Assembly (NCBI RefSeq): GCF_037042905.1
Contig: NC_087250.1
Coordinates: forward strand, 1,798,001 to 1,862,000
Direction: 5' to 3'
Source: Lytechinus pictus
Lineage: Eukaryota
Length of the DNA: 64,000 nt
Under the pieces are notes generated by a model. That model saw only the letters and a program-made list of their open reading frames with translations. It was not told the origin of the DNA and did no database searches. Shown here one piece after another: positions 52,747-64,000 of this stretch (position 1 is the stretch's first letter; each line of letters opens with the position of its first letter). The position numbers were made by a program, and so were the translations under genes.

Positions 52747-53560
52747 TCTTGCCATGTTTACTACTTTATTTACTTTGTAACGTGTTGAGTTCATTAAATA
52801 TGGGTTAAAGTATAATATTTCATGCAGCCACCTCGTTCATTGTTTGCAGAATAAAGGCCGAAAATTGAGAAATTCCATCTTTTTTTGTTCACTGATAGAA
52901 ACATAAATGCTATTAGAATTACAGACGAAACATATGATTTTGAAAAAGAGTTCGACAGGCCCCATGGGATATATTTTTGGAAGTAGGTTATACTTTTTTC
53001 ATGAAGAAAATGGATATTCCTCGCTTTATGCGAATTGCCAGTCCAATTAAGGATGAATGATTCCAATTTATTTTGTTTTATATGTTTTCATTAAATGTGA
53101 AGATAAATATTAGGAGACTTTTCCAAGTAAGTCCGCATGCCCATTCTGAACTAAATTTTTTCGGTCACCATGGTCAGTTGAATCTGATCAATATCTGCCC
53201 CCTCCATATCATGGTGTGTATGGATATCTAACTTTCAAAATGATACGGGAAAATATGGAATTAGAAAATATGACATTATGAAATATGTCCTCGGAAAAAA
53301 TAACTTCAACAGGTGATATTGATATTTATTTCCATTTGAATGATATACGTTCTTGGATGCGTATATAGTTATTTTAAAGAAATTTTCATTTTCAACCGTG
53401 ATGTCTAAAATGGGTAAGAGTTATTAGGTCTCTGTATGCCTACTATTTTATTACATGATTGTAACAGGTATTTATTTTTTCACAAATTTATGGTATTCTA
53501 GTCAATGGGTCGCATAGTACCCATAGTGAATACAATAATTAATTGATCCCGACATATCGT

Positions 53561-53645
53561 TTAGAATGTGAGTCGCTTTTCAAATACGAAAATACTATAT
53601 CCATCAGAAGCAATTATCTTGCCTGGTGATGAGATCATTACACGA
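53561..53645 (-). pseudogene. Remnant of a second TRIM/NHL-like gene copy (last ~28 codons only)
   Basis: Encodes RVMISSPGKIIASDGYSIFVFEKRLTF* versus RVMISSSGKIIAFDGDSILVFEKRLTF* in the intact gene; joined directly to the paralog of 24922 onward. Confidence 0.9.
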
Positions 53646-54286
53646 AGATGGTGTGGTTTCTAGTGCAGAAAGTTGAAGGTGTACTCCAGGCTGAAAATGA
53701 TATGAATTGAAGAATAGACAGAATGATGTCAGACAAATATTACAATGAAAATAGGGAATTGTAAAGTTATGTTTTTGGGGTTTTTTGTTGTTGCTATTTC
53801 TAAGGAACCCTTCTATACAATATTGGCTTTGTTAATATGAATCTCCCAACCGTCTAAAGGCGTTTTTTTCCACAAAAAATGAAAAAATAGGATTGACATT
53901 TGATTCAATATGTAAGATCATCTTTTCTTAATTTGTTACTGGGAGACATATTACTCACGCATATACCATCAACTGCATATATATAGGCCTACCCGTATTC
54001 ACAAAATATTGTCAAATTTTAATATTCAATATCTCCGTTACTTTTTAACCTATAATGTTGATCGAGGCTTTTTTTTTGGTTGTTGTGCTCGTTGAAGCTT
54101 TCTTAATTTATATACGGATATAAAAACAACAACAACAACAACATATATAGGCCTCCCCGTTTGCACAAAATGTTGTCAAATTTTAATATTCAATGTCCTC
54201 GTTACTTTTTAACCTATAATGTTGGTCGATTTTTGTGTGTGCTCGTTGAAGCTTTCTTTGTTTAGATACATATATATATATATAAA

Positions 54287-56050
54287 TTGCTTGAACTCAA
54301 TGTTCGCCCTTGCGTAGTGGAGCTGATAGGTGATTTTCTCAGCAACAGACAACAACGTGTTCGCTATAGACGTCAACTCTCTGACTGGACTTCAACAAAT
54401 GGAGGTGTCCCCCAGGGGACCAAACTAGGCCCGATTATTTTCTTGGCCATGATTAACGATGCATGTAATAATCTTGGGCCTATTTCTCCTAATGTCTGTG
54501 TATACAAGTATGTTGATGATCTGTCACTGGTAGAGTATCGTTGTAAAGAGCAAATACCTGCTATCCAAGCGGCAGTCGGCAGTCTCTGTGAATGGTCTCA
54601 CACAAACAAAATGAACCTTAATCCAAAGAAATGTCAAACCATTGAGTTTTGTTTTACAAGGAATCCAACACCTCCCCCATTAGTCAGAGTTGGAAACGAA
54701 TTACTCCATCAGGCTGAATGTGTCAAACTCTTGGGTGTGCACATTCAAAGTAACCTGAAATGGAGTACACACATTTCTGAAATTCTCAAAAGTGCCAACC
54801 GCAAGCTCTACATGCTACGTCTCCTGAAGAAGTTTGCCCTCCCACCCTCTGATCTTCTCACCATATATACTTGCTTTGTGAGACCAGTCACAGAGTACGC
54901 GGCCCCCGTTTGGAATGCCGGGATCACCAAGGAGGAAGCAAGAAAACTTGAGTCGATACAAAAGCGAGCCCTACGAGTTGTATTAGGTGAAGGCTATATA
55001 TCTTACGAGCAGGCACTTTTTGTTCTCAAACTGCCTTCGCTTGCTGATCGACGCAAGGCATTGTCTCTCTCATTCGCGAAAGACCTGGTGAAGCCAACAT
55101 CCCATTTCCGCCATCTCTTGCCAACCAGAGACTCGAATATCCGATCAACAAGGCATTCTAGACCATACACACAACTTAGATTCAGGACAAACAGATTAAG
55201 AGACAGTGCAATCCCTTATCTTGTAAATCTATTGAATAATTTATAATCATTTACACACCTAACTGAATGTTTCCACTGACTGCTCCCAAAAAATTTTCTA
55301 TTGTAACGTACATTATTTTGATTTTCATATTTTGTTTATTTTGACTTATACATAGGTAAATACAAGTAATTATCTCCAAGAACTCACCTGTTTTATATAT
55401 CCTCTTTTAATAAAACTACTCGTGTACTTCTTTTTTAATCCAAATACTCCTTTATGACAAAATATTATTTCATTATGACAAATCATACCTAAATGGATAA
55501 TTTCATACTTATTTCCTCCATAAACAGTACTTGAATGCCAAACAATGCTAAATGATGTTACCCAAGATGCCATTTTCCGTAATTGTCGAACTGTTCTGAA
55601 TTATTTTCGTTGCACTGACTTAGAAACATGTATCCCAATATGATCTGTTTCTTCCTTAGTTTTTAATTTGTTGCATTATAATTACTATTTCCGATAATTT
55701 TTTTTCCATCTTTGTTAAATACCCAATCTCTTTAACACTGTGCCTGTCTCTCCCCCTCTGTTCCTCTTATTTCATTTTGTCTTTCTTTCTAACAATGTTC
55801 TCACTACATGTACTTCATTCTACCTCTGAGGCTTCCATCTCATATGCTGGGTATTTCAATTACTTTCATATTTATGTATAATTATTTTGTAGAATAATTT
55901 CATTTTGATATTTGCGTATTTTATTATAAGTTGTATATTTTTTTATATGTCTGTATATGCCATCTGTAAACTGAATGTAATTCAGCCTTTGGCTGCTATT
56001 TTCAGTGAATATTTGAAATAAATAAATAAATAAACCATTCAATCAATCAA
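54287..56050 (+). mobile_element. 5'-truncated CR1/L2-group LINE (RT ORF remnant 54287-55246, 3' UTR, simple-repeat tail)
   Basis: GVPQGTKLGP, KYVDD, KLLGV..QSNLKW, EYAAPVW and QKRALR motifs; (TAAA)n/(ATCA)n tail; absent at the paralog near 25410. Confidence 0.9.
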
Positions 56051-56747
56051 TCAATCATATTATTTACGATTCGAGTAAGCATAAGCAGTTTGATATGTGA
56101 CTGTGCGTAAGGCTCGATGTGGAATGTTTCATACACCCCCCCTTCCCCGAACATTGTTCAATTCAATTCAATTCAATTCAATTCAATTCAATTCTTTTAT
56201 TTCATTTCCATTCACTTCAGTTCTCACAAACTGAAGTGTTCTCACGAACTGTTTTGCAGCTTCGTTTTTCTCTCACTTATACAGTGCGTATCGATAACAA
56301 TTGTACTTGCACCCCTCCTCTCTCTCTTCATTTTCCTCTCTGTTTCCCCCTCATTATCACATGAATGTAACCATATTATATTTTTTTTTGGTTGTTATTA
56401 CTCTTATCATTTATTCTAATTTGTATCACTCTTTCGTTGTTACCTTAGATATTTTGTATAGCCTCCTCTTAAACTGTCTTCCGTCACTCTTTTATACTAT
56501 AGTTTTGTAATATACGTCTTGAAACTAATTACAGGGGCTTGCCTCTCATACAAGCTTTGCTTTTCTTGGCAAGCCCCTCCGTTCTGTTTTATATAGTTAT
56601 TAGTCAAAGTTACTTTGGTTCTCATTAGTTCTCATTGTTTATACCTTCTAATCCTAATGCATTATTCCGATTGATATTGTACTTTGAATTGGACTATGTA
56701 TTGTTACTTTGATTTAGTTGTGCTTTGTGAACGGAAAATGAATGAAA

Positions 56748-57040
56748 TAAAATAATAATAATTGGCATTTATATAGCGCTTTATCAATCTACGACTGTTC
56801 AAAATTATTGTTACCCGGTCACTGGATTCATAGCATTTCAAGCAGCCTGTTAGGCGCACACTTGCTAAACCAACCACAATGATGGTTGTTTCCTACCGGT
56901 ACCCAATTAGCACCTGGATGAGAGTGGCAAAGTGTGGATTGACGCCTTGCCAAAGGACTCTAGGCCATGGTGGGATTCGAACACACGACCCTCTGATTAC
57001 AAGGCGAGAGTCAGAACCGCTACACCACGGCGCTTCCACA
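56748..57040 (-). mobile_element. tRNA-derived SINE (same family as 49632-49956)
   Basis: A/B boxes on the minus strand (GTGGTGTAGCGG, GTTCGAATCC) and AT-rich tail. Confidence 0.8.
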
Positions 57041-60000
57041 ATCAAAATAAAATCAAATAAAGTTTACACTTTAATAAAGTCTTGGAATTGAAAAAGAAAC
57101 AGCGTGGGGGTAATCTGTTCACATGTATTCTTGGGTTTGGGTCTCATCTTTCAAATGAATGTAAAAAAATTAACAGAATGTTATACTTGAGTGAGCACTG
57201 TCTATTTTAGTAAATCTCACAGAAATCGGTTTGCGCAGAAATGTTTATTGTTCACGCTGTGTCAATGAAAAACGGGGAAAACAAACTCATCGTGCAGTTC
57301 ATTTCTCATATTTTTTTTTGCATTTTCAGTCATTTGAATAAAAAGATAGATTTGAACATTCTGTAACAATTTTGCAACCCAAACTAACATTTTAACCCGA
57401 GGTAAGCACAACCATTATCCTTTTTGTGCCAGCTGGATATGATGAAATATCTGAATGTAAAAAAAATATATATATTTTGAGACATTTCCAGCATTTTTAC
57501 AAAGCTATCATTTTTAGTGCATTAGTTTTAATTTCATTTTTCATTTTAATTCTTGTTTTTCGACACTTTTCCCGGGCATGACAATGATTAACAGAAAGAA
57601 AATCATACCAAGCCATTTCATCTGAATCACATCTCCGTGTAAATCAAGATGCCATCAAAATGACCTCGGTGTGTGGGGGACAGGGGCGTATTGGCGCTCT
57701 ATGCAGTATTTCGGAAAAGGATACAAATTAAAAAGGTAAAATATATTTTTAAATCACTATTTTTATAAAGTCAATGTACTCTTCATGATTAATGTTTACC
57801 GTTATCCATATAACTATTTTTGATTTCTGTGCAAATCGTTTTCGACGATCTTTTCAAAAGTAAGTGGTGCTCACTCAAGCGGAAAGATTTTTTAGCAGTT
57901 ATATCGTCATTCTATTAAAGAGACCTGTACCAATTGTTAATTGTGGAAAAAAAAAAGCTTCAGGATATTATAAATAGATATAGACCTATATATTTTTTTT
58001 AGAATTCTCTTAAGTGCAAACTTTTTTATACGCAGTGTTGAGGAAAGGAAGAGATGAGCAAGAAGAAAAATAGGTTCAAACCTTAGTCATATCCCTTTCA
58101 AATGATAAAAAAAACATGCATCTGCAGACATTACTTACAAATCAGCTAGATTGGAATTATACCAATACATGTACTTATAACTACTCAATGTAATGATATA
58201 AGAGCCGTATTCTTCCAAGAGATCACCAAGATTGATAAAGGAAACAAAATACTCATCTGAAAACCTAAATTACAAGAGCGTTTCCCCATTTGCCATGGGA
58301 AATTCTTTACTTTTAGTCTGTTAATGTTTCAAACAAACTATGAATGGAAACTCGGCCAATATTGGTTTCTCAGAAGAGCATTTATAAAGTATCATTTTCT
58401 CATGATCATTGTCATACCGCCGCCAACGACGTAATGTGGAGAAGCCACTACTTACAGGAGATAGTAGTCCTCATCAGTTAGGTCCGAAATCATTTATTAT
58501 GAAAACAATTTTTTTTTAATGAATTTACCAATCAGCTCGATAATACTCAGGATGTTCAATCAAATCTGATTGCGGGTGAAAGACGAAAAAAAACTATATT
58601 AACATTTTATAAAGAATCGAACTAGATATTGTAGGAGTGTCTATGCTTATCACATGAATTTGGGGATCGATTAATTTGGCACAAACGTGATGATATGATA
58701 TTCATTCTTGATTTCATTTCAATTCAAACATAATATGAAGTTATATGTATCAGATGCAAACTTGCATATTTATATGAAAAACAGTACAAATTACAATACA
58801 TGGAAATGGACCTAGCCCTCAAGCAAATTTAAGCTAGCCGCATGCTAGTCGCTCGCTAGTCGCTAGCTTGCAGATTGTTAGCGGATAGCTTGATAAGCTT
58901 GTGATAGGCATGGAGACAAAAATTGATCTTTTATCGAGCATGTATCGTTTGCTAGCTTAAAATCGCTAATTAAGCAAGCCACCAGCTAGTCGCTTTATAG
59001 CTAGTTACTAGCATGCAGTACGTTTGGATTTCTGTAGGGGAGAAACAAAAATCCACGATAAACTGATCGCTTTCAATTCTTAGATAAAATATTGTTTATT
59101 TCCTCGATACCAAATGACAGAATGACACTGTAGAGTCTATCGACCTTTATAACTCACCTTGTTTTTATTGATCCTTGCTGAAGTATAATGACGTCACCTT
59201 CTATGGTGATCTCTTGAAAAGAATTGATCGTTTTGATGTTATCTTAAAACTTTGTATAAACTTCAGAGACTGATGTGTTGAATAATAATTATCTATGCTG
59301 CGTGACAAGATGACGTATGTACATGATCAATGTCGATACACGTCTATGGATTACGCAGTGGTAATTTCTTATTTCGGGGGTAATTTTAACACATGGCTAG
59401 GCTGTACTACTGTGAGTTGGATGAATATCAAATATGAATTGAGAGGAATGTCACAATCCAGTTTTCAGTAGTCATATGTTTGCATGGAACATGAGAATAA
59501 TAGCTTCATGGTGGGAGCGTCGACAAGTGATGAACTTCAATGATTCTTCTGAATAGATTAATATGAATATGAATTAAAGCAAAGCGATGAGGTAAGAGAG
59601 AAAGAGACAGTAAGAAGAGAGAAGGAAAGAGAGGGAGAGAGGACCAATTTCGCAAACAAAGTAGGAACGGTAAGTGAGTGGTGCATATATTAGCCACGAT
59701 AGGAGCATCGATGATCGAAGGACGTGCTTCGGTGCTTCTTGTTAATATATCAATATAAAAATTTATTTCTATTGTATGTATTTATTTGTTTGAAAAACAG
59801 GGAAGCACATTCAACAATTTGTTGGTCTCCCATGGTCCCCTGTGGCAGTGTACATAGTATAACATACCGATTATAACAAGTCATTTACATAACAGTATCG
59901 TAATAAGAGAGGCATAGATAAAATGGTAAGTAATTGAATCAAAGCATAGGAATGTTTATAAAAAGAGAGAAAAGAGACAGAAGGAACTTGCAGAAAACAG

Positions 60001-60386
60001 ACATTTGACAAAAACAGGAGCAGAGGGGGGAGAAAAAAAGAAAGAGAGACAGAGAGTGAGAGAATAGACTCATGAAATATTTGGAATTTTACAAACAAAG
60101 TAGGAACTGAAAATGGTTGTAAAATCGGTACATGGCAATATCTTGTAGTGATTTAAGATTTATATTTTTATCTAAGTAGCTGTTTGTAATGTACGTGTAT
60201 AAAATTTTGTATCCAAAGGAACTGTTGCTGCGCTAGCGCCATGAGCGTCTCTGGATGGTGTGTGCGCTCAATAAGATATCACTATTATTATTATTTACTA
60301 TCACTATTATTATCTTATTTGGACGATAATAAGGGACATTTAACTCTGGAAAACTGGGGCGCTGGTGGTTCTGTAGTACCCCCTTC

Positions 60387-60547
60387 TAGTGGCGTACCTA
60401 GGATTTTCCAGGATTTTCGTCGGGGGGGGGGGGGCCAAAAGGTCTTTCAAGCTCGTCAGGGGGGCAGGGATACATGCATGGGTGGTGGCTCGTCGGGGGG
60501 GGGCAGACTGCCCCTCTGCCCCCCCCCCCCCCGTAGGTACGCTAGTG
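60387..60547 (+). mobile_element. hAT-type MITE
   Basis: TAGTGGCGTACC...GGTACGCTAGTG; TSD CCCCCTTC; the paralogous copy at 34321 is truncated. Confidence 0.88.
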
Positions 60548-60900
60548 CCCCCTTCCCTCAGGATTTTTCCAGGGTGTGTTGTGTGTGTTATTACCTATTG
60601 GCAGCAAGCATCAACTGGGATTCAGGCGGGCATGCCGAAATATAGAAATTTAACACAAATCATCTCTTTTAAAGCGAAGACCTAAATTTTGTATCAGTTT
60701 TTGCTCGTCAAATAAAAAAAAAGACTCTTTAACAATCGTTTCAAGGCCCCTTGAGAAACGTCACAATCACACCCTTTTCACTGGTCATATAATCGGAGCT
60801 GGTATGAGCTTCACAATGAGAGTATCGATGAGGGCGTGCTTTAGTGCTTCTTGTGAATATGTACACATATTTATTCAAATATTTATTCAAAAAAACATAT

Positions 60901-62122
60901 ACACACAAAAAAAAGTAAGTCCCCCTTAAACAAACATCCATAGATTCCAAACCAATGGGAGTTTTTAATATATTTTTACATGAGTGTGGAGGTAATTTTA
61001 TAAGCTACCCTCTGGAGGTATTTTATGTCATGCTTCAGTGAGCACCGCTAGAGGGCAAAATTGTCACTTTTCAAAAGGCACAAGCCAAGTATCATGACTT
61101 TGATTTTACTTTATTAGAACTAATTCCACATTCTCATCATACAAAATAGTCAGAAGGCCTGTAAGACGTGCTTTCTAAAGACGATACAACTTTTTGGCTA
61201 AATTTTACGGTTGAGTAAACACAGTTCAAAATTTTCCATAATTTGATTTTTACACATTTCTATCGATAAAAATGATCAAATGTAATGACGGTTATTTTAG
61301 CAAAGAGTATCTTCAACAATTCTCATCATTTTAACGGTTCAATGAACATTTAATGAAAACAAAAATACGATTTTCTAAATTATAGGCAACCATGATTATC
61401 TGTCACAAAACTCCTTGCATAATTAATTTAATTCGATTTTTATGAAAATCCCGGTGTCTAATGTTGCAGTGAGCACACAGTATTCGAAATTTTTACAAAT
61501 GTGGCGTATCGGATGATTATTTTGGTGTGCGCACCTTTTGGATAGTGTTTCTCTGAAGCCATGTGCGAAGTTTCACGAAAAAACTGTTGGCAAAAGTAAC
61601 AAAAATCGTCCATAAAACAAACCCTCATTTCATTTTTGTTAAAATTTTGACTTCCTCTCTCATACAAATTGTGTATACTATGGTGTATTGCTTAAGAATA
61701 ATTAACATGTTTTAACAAGTTTAACAAGTTGTAGAAGATACTACTCTAAACCCCTATGATGATACGTCACAAAAAATTGTGCTCACTCAACCATAAACAT
61801 ACGTTATCAAAATCGTGTGTGGAGTGGCTAAATGATGGATAGAAAAACAGTGGTAAACACCATAAAATTCACCTAAAAAGAACATTTGCCCAACTTTGTA
61901 TTTACACAATCTGAAAAACGACTCTTATGACTTTCAAAAATTGTTATTTTTAATTCAATCATTGTTTACTCATGCGTGACTTCACATATCAATCTCATTT
62001 TTCACCAGGAGTTGTTTAATGACTGTAGAAAAATATCTACGAAATATCATATTTCAAAATTATTCTGTTCAAAAGTTACAGCAATTTGATTTAAGGGGAG
62101 GGGGTTATTTTGTTGTTGTCTA
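60901..62122. mobile_element. Non-autonomous TIR DNA transposon (TA-flanked)
   Basis: Left end CACACAAAAAAAAGTAAGTCCCCCTTAA, right end TTAAGGGGAGGGGGTTATTTTGTTG; a better-conserved right TIR survives at 34424-34453. Confidence 0.6.
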
Positions 62123-62948
62123 TATATCAATATGAATACGATTTAAAGCAAATTAATGTTTATCTAAAGGGGGAAACAAGAGACATAAGGAAGGTGAGAC
62201 AACATTTGAAACGTTTGAAACTCTATAAAGTAAGAAAGGAACAGTGAGTGTATAATGAACACATATGGCATGTATGTAGGGTGTATTTATACGATAACCA
62301 GTGCTGAATAACCGTTTCGGGTTACAGTTTAAACTGGTTAAGAATTGATGGCAATGAAAATTGATGTGATCCATGAGCTACGTGGTGATAAAAAATAAAA
62401 CAACATTAATGACTTCATCTTAACTAAGATCCCTTTCCCATCATGTTGGAAAATTATTGATTGCATCTGTATTAATTAACTGGGGTAAAGAAGCAGCGAC
62501 CAAAATAAAAACTTTTGAATTGCTGTTGACCTGCACTTGTTCAAGTGAAATTCTTTAGTGTTGAATTTCACCATATCATGGTAAGACCCTCTATCCAGGC
62601 TTAATACTTTGATAAGAATTCAATTCTGACCATCTCTATGGCTGACAAATGACAGAATGAATTCAATATATTAAAATAAGGATGGTGGACATTTCGACCA
62701 TGAACAAGCCTTTACTCTTTAGAACGTTGTCCTCTTGAACTAATTGACAATCTTCTTTTATGTTGACTCGATTTGTTTCAAACTTGAAATTTGACATCAA
62801 TATTCCTCCCACCCTATCACACGCACAAGTACCCGCGCACACACCCACTCCAACTATTTTCTCTCTCCATTGTACTAACTTTCTCCCATTCTCTACCCCT
62901 CATCTCTGTCCTCCATCTATATCTCTCCTTCTTTTGTAATCCATCCTC

Positions 62949-62979
<31 letters not shown>

Positions 62980-64000
62980 CCTCACACTCTCTCAAATCAA
63001 TCGTCTTTAACAAACTATCTATTTATCTCTGTTTAATCAATGCACTAGTTCTCTCTCTGCTTCTCTGTTCTTCATCTTTATATCTACTCTTTCGTTCTCC
63101 CCCACACACACGCACACACACACCCTTATAGACCCTCTGTCACACACATACTGTCTCTCTCAAATCAATCATCTTTCGCTTCTTCATTCCCTCTCTCTCT
63201 CTCTTTCCCTTCTGTATAAAATGTGATTTGAATGACCATAAAACAGTGTACCCTCCCAGCACTCGCTCTACTCCCTTACATCCCTCTCATTAATAACCAT
63301 TAGTAGTGTCTTGTAACATAATGAAATAAAATCTTACGATCAATCATATCACATTGCAGTAAATGTTGTGCGTGAAATTGATCGCTTTCACATAATACAT
63401 ATAACATATACCTCAGTCACAATATGAATCCGATCAGTGTAGTTCTATTTTTTAAAAACGTTCACAAGTCTTCATATATTATTGAACAAATCAAACGAGA
63501 TTTAATGTATGTCTGCATTTAATCATAAAGAAGTGATTTAACAACAGAGTCCAATGTACAACATATACGATCAGGGCCCCGTTACACACACATTTACAAT
63601 CAATTTCTCATTGTAAATTTTGATTCTGGTTGGTTCATTGTGATTATTATGAACAATTATGTACATTCAACCATGATCTTGTTATGCCATTGCAATTTTA
63701 CGATTGACTGTAAATTTTTGTGAAACGATGACTCAAGTCACTCAACTGGGTATTTCCAATATCCTCGTGCTCAACAAGCCTACAATAACAACCTTTTTGC
63801 TTCCAATCATTGTTCGAAATCAGCTTGCTGAAAATGTACACCTACAAAAGAGAAGAGACTGATTTATGCCAAACATTCTCCACAACCATATTTTTCACGC
63901 AAACGAGTCAAAGTGCGATAGAGAATTTAACAAAACAAAATCAAAGGGAAAGATCCCACCGATTTCATGTTGCTTCTACACACGACCCAAAATTAACATG

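Larger units (their letters stand above)
18040..64000. repeat. Large tandem segmental duplication units of the TRIM-like locus
   Basis: Paralogous blocks: 18040-19010 / 47180-48090 / 62840-63920; 22000-22690 / 53180-53645; 24920-28390 / 53645-59670; 33630-34350 / 59690-60415; 10860-11510 / 48745-49388. Confidence 0.88.

Overview
AT-rich, repeat-dense eukaryotic (metazoan) DNA with two N gaps (20234-20480, 49389-49584). The repeat families and gene type suggest an echinoderm, probably a sea urchin (inference). The backbone is a tandemly duplicated locus on the minus strand. It holds one intact RING-less B-box/coiled-coil/beta-propeller (TRIM/NHL-like) gene (22603-24492) and a second copy deleted down to its last ~28 codons (53561-53645). 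Repeated exon-like modules lie upstream of both. Mobile elements are heavily layered on top. A young Ty3/Gypsy LTR retrotransposon (2071-10680) has its gag split by a non-autonomous Transib with V(D)J-RSS-like ends (CACAGTG heptamers, nonamer-like A-tracts at 12 and 23 bp, 5-bp TSD), and its 3' LTR is cut by a TTAA-type element. An L1/Tx1-type LINE sits inside an (ATC)n microsatellite. A 5.1-kb foldback DNA transposon with ~1.8-kb arms and a 6-bp TSD (IS3EU-like termini) carries a TSD-less Crypton-like insert. hAT, Tc1/mariner and EnSpm-like MITEs, CR1/L2-group fragments and tRNA-derived SINEs fill the rest. No rRNA, true tRNA or CRISPR was found. All family assignments come from manual motif recognition; no database search was run.
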